Shown here in pieces: positions 53,421 through 64,000 of a DNA stretch of 64,000 bases. Every line of letters begins with the position of its first letter. Position 1 is the stretch's first letter. This DNA is from Octopus vulgaris. Its lineage: Eukaryota. Below the pieces are notes generated by a model that saw nothing but the letters and a program-made list of their open reading frames with translations, was not told where the DNA came from and did not search any database. The DNA is taken from contig OX597824.1 in NCBI GenBank assembly GCA_951406725.2, forward strand, positions 76,632,001 through 76,696,000, written 5' to 3'. Made by a program: the position numbers and the translations under genes.

Positions 53421-54209
53421 TCATTATTAAATGCCGATAAGGAATTACAGAATAAATAAATGAATAAATACATGACAGAATTAATTAGATAACGATCTAT
53501 CTAAACGCTAGTGTTTTACAGCCATTGTGTACGGTGAGGGTCGTAAGATAGTCGGGGTTGGTGTGAGTGCCTTTTGGCTGTATAACTGATATTCTGGATT
53601 CTGAGCGAGAGGTAACGAAGCAGTGAAATATAAAGATGGCTAGCTATGCTGAGAGGGAAAGGGAAATAAATCTTCCACGGTCATCTGTTATCATTTATCT
53701 TTTACTTGTTTCACTCACTGGACTGCCGCCATGTTTGGGGGAACCGCTTCGGTGGGTTTTGTCCAACAAATTGGTCCCAGTTCTTACATATTTTTGCCCA
53801 AGTCTGGTGCTTTTTGCGTGTCTCTTTTACTGAGAGAGAGAGACTCACATTAAGTACCGCAATAAGTTCGTTTCCTCAAGCAAAAGTTCCAACTAACGCA
53901 TGTATTAATATTCTCTTTAAAATCCATGAATTTTGCAAATCATATTTGTAACATCCTATGGATGGGGAACACAACAACTAAAGCATGGAGTCTGTGGAAA
54001 CGAACGTAGCAATGCATTAAAGGACTTATGAATTTCCAATCCAAAGTTCTTGTTATTATTATAAGCTATACCAGCACAAAACTAATAACATTTCCATAAA
54101 TTTCCTCTGGAAGATGGGAAAAATAAATGGAAGCTGGAATAAATTGCAAACAAGCTTATTATGAGTACACTCAAAAGTGTTTCATATGGATGGACTTAAA
54201 GGATATCTG

Positions 54210-54338
<129 letters not shown>

Positions 54339-54569
54339 TTCTGTCTGTCTTTCTATCTGCCTGTGTATCTATCTGTCAGTCTGTCTAATATTATCGACAT
54401 TGGGGAAATTGCGTTCGTCCCTCTGGCCGATAACTGATGAGAAGTTGGTAACCTGTATTTTTTGTTCGCCTGTGTATTTAGTATATGTTCGTTCGTTTAT
54501 TTACTACACGTTTTTCGAATTATATATATATATATTTAATAATACCAGGGTAATATAGATTTTAGAAAT

Positions 54570-54737
54570 ATTTATTACCAGTGGCCTAGCGTATAAAAAA
54601 TTATTCAATAGACTATATATTATCAATATAAAATACAGTGTACATTCAAACACACTAAGAGGTCTCCACCACAGGACTCCCTTGCGATGTTCCTTCTAGC
54701 GTAAGGGAGTCCTCTTAGTGTGTTCAAATGTACACTG

Positions 54738-54741
<4 letters not shown>
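54570..54741. mobile_element. Third, folded-back fragment of the 8927-9528 element
   Basis: ACCAGTGGCCTAGCGT..TAGACTATATATTAT..GTGTACATT matches 9341-9450; 54632-54741 is an interrupted palindrome. Confidence 0.75.
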
Positions 54742-54820
<79 letters not shown>

Positions 54821-56214
54821 TGTATGTATATATATATATATATGTCATATTTTCCGTTTGATGTCTTTTTATTGAATCCTGAAAAAAACGTGTGTGTTTA
54901 TGTCATGTTATAAAAACAATTTTAAATTAACCTCATGAGATTATCTGTACTTTTGTTGGGCGCAAATTTATTATTCTTAAACAAGACTGCAGTCCGACGA
55001 TGGCTTAGCTGACCGAAACGTCAAAGTCACTGTCAACTATATACATGTGTAAGAATTATATGCGTGTTTGCGTGCGCACACGCGTGTGTGTATGTATATA
55101 TGAAGCCAGACTAAAGAGATGGACGAAATGTTGCTAAGGATTTTGTCAGGCATGATAACGAATCTCCCAACTGATCGCCTTTGAAGCAAGAAAAATAATA
55201 AAAGAACGAATTATATCTGGAATGAATTTCAAAATCGTATTTGAAGCATGAAGGTGTCTTACTGGAATAAACTGTGATCAGAATTTAAGAGTTCGCTGTA
55301 AAAAGATAGATTAAATAAAATAAAATGAAATAAGAACAAAAGGAAGAGTTTTTAACGCAGTAAATTTCAAATTATATAGAAAGAATGTGCTTATTATGTT
55401 AACCATGATTCTGGATTTGAAATTATGGTAAAATATTATAACACGAGCCAGAGGTTAGCATGGGGAATAATTAAAGGATTTTATGAGATTTCGGCATAAA
55501 GACTGATCGTAATATTGAATCAACACTGATCAGATTTTATAGAAATGAAGGACGATGAATGTGACAGAGAAATGAGAACCTAAAACGAGAATGTGAATCG
55601 CTAATTACTCGTATCACTGGTTAGGATAAAAAGCCATTAGAACGATTTTGGTGAAGGCAAATACTCATAAAACTTTGTCTGACAGCAAACGCAGAATGTG
55701 TGGTAAAGTGACGAAAATATTTAGCCATTTTCTAAGCGAGCCAACATTTAAAAAAAAAGTGTAAACGTAAGCGTAACTGTATCGGTAACAAGATTTTATG
55801 GTATTTTCCCATAGAGACTATTGAAGCAGGTAAACTATTGAAGCAGGTAAACCAGAAAACTTGAGATTTTTGCATGAAAAAATAAAAGTAATAATAATAA
55901 TAGAGCATTGGGTATGGTAAAAAGTACATGAACAAAAGGGTGGAAGATATACCTAGATTCTCAACACTACACATTATCCAAATAAATAGCCCTTCTAGGA
56001 ACAGCTCACATCCTATGCAAGATACATATAAAAGGATGAAAGGCAAATTCAATTATACAACCTAAACAAAACAATTCACAAATACTAGACAGACTCTCTA
56101 CAGCAAATATCCGATGAAATAAACTACCATCAGAAAGCCGGATACCCAACGCATTAGACACACAATACAAATACTAATACGACAAAACACTGCACAACAC
56201 CTCATAAAAAAACA

Positions 56215-56218
56215 TGCT

Positions 56219-56249
<31 letters not shown>

Positions 56250-56290
56250 ATGACACTACTGCTGCTACTGCAATTGCTGCTGCTACTGTA

Positions 56291-56333
<43 letters not shown>

Positions 56334-57160
56334 GCGGCGACACGACATTGTACTTTTGATGCTGCTCTACTTCTTATTGTTGTAGTACCAGTACTTATTG
56401 ACGATATCGGTGACTACGACGACGACGACGACGCTGATGATGAAGACGTTGACAACGACGGCGACAACAAGTATTACGTTACACTTATTGATACTGTATT
56501 ACTTCCGGTTACTGCTGTTGTTGTTGTCGTTAATATTAATGATTATTATGTTGAACTTTCTGCTGCTTACTGTACAAGAAAATGTCCTATATATGTCCTT
56601 TTGCGCTTACTGCTGTGACTGTGACCGCTATTTCTAACGCTCAAGAAATCCGCCTCCTCCTCTTCTTCTTCCTTCTCCTTCTCCTCCTTCGCCTCTTCCA
56701 CCTCTTCTTCCTCCAACTCTTTTCCTTCCTCCACCTCCCCCACCTCTTCCACAACCTCCGCCACCAGCACCACCACGACAACCTCCTCCACTTCCTCCAC
56801 TTCCTCCTCTACCACCACCACCATCACCACCACACCATCTCCTCCATCACCCCTCCTCCTCTTCCTCCTTTTCCTCCACCTTCTCCTCGTCGTCATCGTT
56901 ATCGCCGTCTTCATCCGTCTTCCACTTTTCCATTCTTCGTTTTTTTTTCTCCCATTCTTCTCCGCCTCCTTCAATGTTTTCTTCTTCTTCTTCTTCTTCT
57001 TCTTCTTCTTCTTCTTCTTCTTCTTCTTCTTCTTCTTTTTCTTTTTCTTCTTCTTCTTCTTCTTCTTCTTCTTTTTCTTCTTCTTTTTCTTCTTCTTCTT
57101 TTTCTTTTTCTTCTTCTTCTTCTTCTTCTTCTTCTTATTGTTATTATTATTATTATTATT
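56215..57160. repeat. Compound (GAT)/(GCT)/(GAC)/(CCT)/(CTT) triplet repeat field
   Basis: Directly visible. Confidence 0.95.
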
Positions 57161-57687
57161 CATATTTCCCTTTCTCCTACACCTGTCCTCTCTTTCTCTC
57201 GTGCACCTCCCCCTCATCCTCCGCCTCCTACACCTACTGTTTCTGTTTTTTTTTTCGTGTGTTACCTTAGTTTTCATATCGCTATTGGCCGCCATCTCTG
57301 TCCTATGTGTCGTCTCCTTTAAATAACCCGGTAAATAAATCGAAGCTGACACGCAACAACGACCGTAAAGTACCTTACACACAGATGATTCCTGACAAGC
57401 TGTATTATTCACTAGTAATCACATTGGACATGCAATATCACTTTCACTTTCTCAGCCATACATTCTCTATCTCTTTCTATCGCTCTCTCTGTCTCTCTGT
57501 CTCTCTCTCTCTCTCTCACATACTCACTCTTCTTTGACTCCTCAGTGATGATTCTATTAGCACGTTTAGAGCTATTTAAGGACTAATCGGGAACATGAGC
57601 AATAAGAAAAAGAATAACAACAACAACAACAGCAGCAGCACCAACAACAACAACAGCAACAACAACAAAAATAGCAATAATAATAAA

Positions 57688-58145
57688 TGCCCTGATGCAA
57701 TACCAAGAACTCATGGCTCTCATGGCTTTTGATCATAACTGATTGTACGCGTTAGCATGTACATATTTTGCTTTGATGTAACAGATGGATTACTGCAAAT
57801 ATTCTGCTCAACATCACAGATTTGCTTGTCGCTTGTTTGATCATAACCATGCTGAGCATGTCCCTTAATAGCTGACGATATGTCAAGCCATTAAGGGACA
57901 TGCCTCTCTGATCTTGAGAGGAATTCTTTGGGGTTTGAATAATACACCTCTGGAAACACGAGTGTTTTGTTCAACGTCCTTAAACGACTCTTAATCAGGG
58001 ACCTACTCGAACGGAAAGAAATTTTAACTGGGCCCCATTTGCAAGGTCAATCGCTGTTTATCTTTATATGAGATCACCATGTTGCGCACATATGGTCATG
58101 ATGCTTATTCCTGGTATACCCTTATCAGACCGGTAGTCATGATTC
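57688..58145. mobile_element. Probable interspersed retroelement-derived repeat next to an (AAC)/(AAT) tract
   Basis: Complex sequence abutting a triplet tract and resembling a common octopus repeat from memory; single copy in this window. Confidence 0.35.
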
Positions 58146-58216
58146 TGGCTTGAAGGTATAGCTATGTCAATGAAAGTCCATTCTTCGGACCTCTTCTGGA
58201 GAGTGATATCTGGTTG

Positions 58217-58273
58217 ATTCTTCTTCTTCTTCTTCTTCTTCTTCTTCTTCTTCTTCTTCTTCTTCTTCTGCTG

Positions 58274-58346
<73 letters not shown>

Positions 58347-58362
58347 GGCTACTACTATTACT
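58217..58362. repeat. (CTT)n-(CTG)n-(CTA)n microsatellite
   Basis: Directly visible. Confidence 0.95.
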
Positions 58363-58666
58363 TTCTTCTTTTTCTCTTTGTTTTTCTTGTTCATATGTGT
58401 TTGTGTATATCTATGTGAATAGATAAACATTGTAGATAGGTGGATGTAGTATAGATGGTGCCAGGAGAACTTGTCCCCGCTTACTTCGTCGTTGATCAAT
58501 TCAACCCCAGCTCAATTCATCACCGGCCAATTCGTCCAAAAATGTTCTTAAATGTGATTTTCGAGGAAAAGTATAGAATTAAAATTGTCGTTGGAGAGTT
58601 TTAGATATATGTTTCTTTTCTTTAACCCACCTCGCCCTCACCCTCACCTTCACTCTCCATGCCCTC

Positions 58667-58886
58667 TACTCTTTTACTCTTTTTACTCGTTTACTTGTTT
58701 CAGTCATTTGACTGCGGCCATGCTGGAACATTGCCTTTAGTCGAGCAAATCGACCCCAGGACTTATTCTTTGTAAACCTAGTACTTATTCTGTCGGTCTC
58801 TTTTGCCGAACAGCGAAGTTACGGAGACGTAAACACACCAGCATCGGTTGTCAAGCGATGTTGGCAGGACAAACACAGACACACGA

Positions 58887-58918
<32 letters not shown>

Positions 58919-59112
58919 ACATATATATATATATATATATACATATATACGATGAGCTTCTTTCAGTTTACGTCTACCAAATCCACTCACAAGTCTTTGG
59001 TCGGCCCGAGGTTATAGCAGAAGACATTTGCCCAAGGTGCCATGCAGTGGGACTGAACCCGGAACCATGTGGTTGGTAACCAAGCTTCTTACCACACAGC
59101 CACTCCTGCGCC
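58667..59112 (-). mobile_element. SINE family A
   Basis: Full-length match. Confidence 0.93.
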
Positions 59113-59369
59113 TATATATATATATAAAGAGAAAGAGATAGAGATAGTCAGTTAGTGTGTGAGAGAGAAAAAGATTATTATTTATTGGCATATAGATTGT
59201 ATGAATTTAAAATTTAACTCCAAAGGTTCACGATTCACATAGAAACGCACAAATGCGCGCACAAACGCACACTCAAACTTGTGTTTATGTGTGAGTACGT
59301 GCGAGTTTATGCGTGCATATGAGTGTGTGCGTGCGTATGTTCATACAAAAGGATGGGTGCGTTGTGTAA

Positions 59370-59752
59370 TGGAAGCACTCCGTCGGTTACGACGACGAGG
59401 GTTCCGGTTGATCCGATCAACGGAACTGCCTGCTCGTGAAATTAACGTGTGAGTGGCTGAGCACTCCACAGACACGTGTACCCTTAACGTAGTTCTCGGG
59501 GATATTCAGCGTGACACAGAGAGTGACAAGGCCGGCCCTTTGAAATACAGGTACAACAGAAACAGGAAGTAAGAGTGAGAGAAAGTTGTGGTGAAAGAGT
59601 ACAGCAGGGATCACCACCATCCCTGCCGGAGCCTCGTGGAGCATTTAGGTGTTTTCGCTCAATAAACACTCACAACGCCCGGTCTGGGAATCGAAACCGC
59701 GATCCTACGATGCGAGTCCGCTGCCCTAACCACTGGGCCATTGCGCCTCCAC
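59370..59752 (-). mobile_element. SINE family B with 12 bp TSD
   Basis: GCGTTGTGTAAT at 59359 and 59754. Confidence 0.93.
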
Positions 59753-60417
59753 AGCGTTGTGTAATAATGTACACGACAAAAAGGAAAACCGTGTTTATTT
59801 ACCAAACGAATGTAAACAAGCAAACCATAAAAAATAAAACAGCAAATGAAATATATTAAACACACATAAAACAAATTCTCTCAATATATATTAAACTCAT
59901 TTATCGAATAACTCATTGTCTTCTTTTTTATGTTTAGCCTGAGCGTGTTACAATTCCTATGCTGTTTCCATGAAACGTTATTTAGTTGCCACAGTAAACA
60001 ATATTCTTTTAAGTGTGGCATGGAAATCAACACTTTTTTGACAGCCCTTTAAATTATATTACTCTTCTGGGAATAAATAAATTTGCAAAAATGAATAAAT
60101 GAATAAATCGAAACATAACAAAATGAGTGACATGCACGAAACAATAATTTATTGGTCGAGACGTATATACGTATATACAGCTACACAGATATAGCAGACG
60201 GAAACTAGTAAGATACACAATATATATTATTTTATTGGTTTCTGTCGCTGACGATTTTCAGATGAGCAAAACAATCCCAGTTGTTATTTGTGTTGAAGTC
60301 TGGTACTTATACATTCGGCTTCTCCTTGTGAAAAAGCTAAGTCACTGGGACGCAAACAAAGCAACACCATTTATCAAACTGTGAGAAACAAATACACACA
60401 CATATCTATCTATCTAC

Positions 60418-60535
<118 letters not shown>

Positions 60536-60552
60536 ATCTATCTTTCTATCTA

Positions 60553-60651
<99 letters not shown>

Positions 60652-60653
60652 CA

Positions 60654-60872
60654 GAGACCCCCTTCGGTCACGAATGACCATGGGATTGCACCTAGAAAGT
60701 TACCCTCCGAGGCACAAGTCCGGGCAAGGTACTCTCCAAGGCACAAGTCCGAGAAGGCCAGCAGTCGCCCATGCATACCGGCCTCTCCTCTCCACGCCAC
60801 CGATGTTATCCAAGGGAAAGGCAAAGGCCGATACAGCTTGGCACCAGTGACGTCGCAACTCATTCCTGCAGC
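60654..60872 (-). mobile_element. SINE family E, 5'-truncated
   Basis: E tail with a small internal duplication of AGGCACAAGTCCG. Confidence 0.85.
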
Positions 60873-61235
60873 CCCAATATGAAACATATCACTTTAGGTA
60901 AACGAATCAAGATGCTCATCCGGAACTGTAACTTTAGGAATCCAGATAGTTGCTCACTAGAGTAGACATGCATGACTAATTCAGTCGTCTACGATGCCGA
61001 TTTCATCCCGTTACGTCAAACAAGGGAACTGAGGGAAAAAAATATTGGACTGAGCGAAAGATACTTTGAAAGGACGCACATCAGTCACAAGTCTTCTTTC
61101 AGCTATGCAGACAAAAGAGCACAAAATTGACATATATATATATGTATCAAACCTGAAGGGCAACAACGTACTACACCATCAAGTAGGGCATCATAGAAAA
61201 TTTTAATGATAATAATGAAATAATTTTAATAATAA

Positions 61236-61633
61236 CTAGCAGTATCGCCCGGCGTTGCTCGGGTTTGTAAGGGAAATAACTATATTAGCATTTTTAGAGA
61301 GTTATAGCCAAAAAATAGCAAAAATATGCATTAAAAATGGAAAACAAATGATGGTAAATTTTTTTAAAAATCGTTGACTCATCGTAGACATTTTTAGAGA
61401 GTTACTTCCCTTATATAATAGCGAAAAAAATGCATTAAAATGGAAAAAAATGATGGTAATTTTTTTTTAAATCGTAGACTCATCGTAGACGCGCGCTAAT
61501 ACCCAGAAGGGCTCGATATGAATCACGACTATAAGATACCCGGTTTTGGTTAAACTGCATCGCAAAATGTGGGAGTAGTTAGGAATCTAAATCGTAGGAG
61601 ACAGACACAGAACTTCACTTTTATATATAAAGA
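61236..61633 (-). mobile_element. Non-autonomous Helitron
   Basis: Minus strand A|TC...CCCGAGCAACGCCGGG...CTAG|T; internal duplication of about 100 bp. Confidence 0.88.
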
Positions 61634-61644
61634 TAATGAAATTA

Positions 61645-62030
61645 TTGTATTCAGTGCTCGGGTGCACCATATGCGTATAAAGCATATGCAGTAATGTACA
61701 AATGTCTGGAAAGGGAACAGTGTATGAGTCAGATACATGCTTGCGTGTGTATGGAGGGGAGAAAATCAGGTGTAGTGTTGGCGAATCTCAGGAAGTATGG
61801 AAGTTTTGAAGGATGCAGTGCTCCGACAACTAACAACTGATACCGGCAGTTTGTTCCATACTTCAGCAACTCTTAGCATGACAAAATGTTTCCGAAACTC
61901 ATGGGAGCTGTGCTGTTTTCTGACTTTGTAAACATGTCCACGGTTGTTAGACAGGTGGAGTTTGAAAAGGTGCTCAGAGTTACTGTTAGTAAGATGGTTA
62001 ATACTTTTATAAGCTTTTCCGATCATATGA
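61645..62030 (-). pseudogene. CR1-clade LINE 3' fragment
   Basis: RGHVYKVRKQHSSHEFRKHFVMLRVAEVWNKLPVSVVSCRSTASFK, the typical CR1/L2 ORF2 C-terminus. Confidence 0.85.
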
Positions 62031-63134
62031 CAACAAAGTGTGACCTAAGGATTTCTTTGCTATTTCTATTAAATTAAGCGAATTCATTAAGACCGCCACC
62101 TTAATTTGACCCGTCACAATTCTATATAGATTAAAATAGACTTAAACCCCAAAGTGTTTCAACTGTAATCTTCACATCTAATAATAATCGTACTAAACTT
62201 ATTGGTGCTTCAATTGTGTACATGTGTATGCTAGTATATTTGTTTCCACTCAAGATAGAAGAGAACGTTATTTGTTTAAATCCATGTGAACCTTGAGCGA
62301 GCAGACCGATAATTATAGGTATTTCAACCTTGATCATCCCCTCTTTTCGGCAGACATTTTCTAAGGTGGCCTTTATTTTACGATACTAAGGTGTATTTTG
62401 AAAGAGGTTTCGTTGCTGTATCTAATGGCTCACGTGACATGCAGTCACTTCACCACCTTGGCCTGCACTCTCGTGTTTGTAAATGGTGAGTTGCGATTAG
62501 CTTGTTGGCCGTTTGTTTGTTTAGCTGACTGGCTGGTTGGTTGGTTGGCTGGTGAAGCTGTTGAACTGTAGTGGTGTATGTATGTATGTATGTATGTGTG
62601 TGTCTTTCGGAAGAGGTTATCTATTTGCCACAACCGGTTATAAAGAAAGTTGTCATTGGTGGTGGGGGTGGGCAGGATGGTAAAGCACGCTTCTGTAGAG
62701 ATGTGATTGAAGTCAGTAAGATGGTGAAAACATTCATATCGCTTCAAGCTACAAACAACAATAATAATAGGCGCAAAAATGATAGGTGTAGAGGACAAGA
62801 AGGGTAAACATACTTACAAGCGGAAGAACAAGAGCGCACATGCGCGCATACACACGAGGAAACACAGAGACTAATACATAGATGCTCATGAAATGGATAT
62901 GTCTTTCTATATATATATGAGTGTATACATATTTCTGTATACAAATGCATATATATATATATGTATGCATGTATGTATATATATGTATATATGTATGTAT
63001 ATATATGCATGTATGTATGTATATATATATATATATATATGTAAATATGCATACATATATACATAAATATATGTAAATATATATGTATCTATATATACAC
63101 ACACATATATATATATACACATACATTCAATTTT

Positions 63135-63180
<46 letters not shown>

Positions 63181-63349
63181 CATATATACACTTACATGCG
63201 CACATACAGCCATAAAAACACATCCAAACTCATATGTTTATATTGCGCGCGTGTATGTTTGTGCGTGTCTGTGCTTGTGTGTGCGCGCCTGTGTGTGGAT
63301 TCTTGTATTTTTCATTGAACATACATTCAGGTAATTCATATGTATGTAC

Positions 63350-63396
<47 letters not shown>

Positions 63397-63718
63397 TGCA
63401 CTTAAGCTTTTGAAGTATGTACCTTTTAGTACGCATATTATTGTACATATTTGCATACGTGAGTGAATACACATGCGCTGGCTTGCGTGCCCGCTAGGTT
63501 AAAGTAAAAATCATTTATAAGAAAACTGTGTACAGAGCTTGTGTAATGGGCACGTGAAGGAAGCTTGGAGGAAATATGACAGTTTGTTTCATCTGTTTAA
63601 TGTTGACGGAGAGCTCGCTAAATATACAACGGGCCCGGAGAAAAAGTGCTGACATGCGCATCAATAACGTCTTCGGCATGATATGCACAATGTACCTGCA
63701 TACATATGTATATGTATG

Positions 63719-63751
<33 letters not shown>

Positions 63752-63875
63752 GTATATATATATGTTTATATATATACATATATATGGACACGCAAACACA
63801 CACACAATTATATATATATATATGTATATATATATGTATATATATATACATATATATGCACACGCAAACACACAC

Positions 63876-63911
<36 letters not shown>

Positions 63912-63938
63912 GGACATATATACACAATTATATATGTT

Positions 63939-63979
<41 letters not shown>

Positions 63980-64000
63980 ATATATATAGATATATATCTA

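Noticed and set aside
52593-53459. 239-240 aa ORFs rich in His, Pro, Val and Asp
   Set aside because: Pure triplet-repeat translations open in several frames and on both strands, with no domain content
54985-55028. CCGACGA..CCGAAACGUC minimal hammerhead-like motif
   Set aside because: Variant core, 2 bp stem II and an offset stem I; too degenerate to call
56567-57412. 281 aa Lys/Glu-rich ORF and its antisense ORF
   Set aside because: Translation of (CTT)/(CCT) microsatellites

Overview
AT-rich, repeat-saturated eukaryotic non-coding DNA (intron or intergenic). The SINE families and microsatellite load resemble an Octopus (coleoid cephalopod) genome; this is inferred from memory, not tested. 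No intact protein-coding gene is visible, and nearly all listed ORFs are translations of (TA)n, (CA)n, (TATG)n, (TATC)n or triplet repeats. The window holds about 45 tRNA-derived SINE copies or fragments in at least 5 modular families; decayed LINE fragments (RTE/BovB-like, CR1-like, L1/Tx1-like); three maT-like transposase relics (DD37D spacing countable in one); non-autonomous Helitrons; piggyBac-, Tc2/pogo- and hAT-like MITEs; and several long foldback elements. The most notable signal is a dispersed set of Penelope-type type I hammerhead ribozymes. Two have an intact catalytic core and stems (10772-10851 and 31388-31473, both minus strand) and about 8 more are variant, split or half copies. 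They lie in short non-coding inserts at (TA)n and related microsatellites, and each family carries its own palindromic helix III. Coordinates were read by eye and may be off by a few bases.
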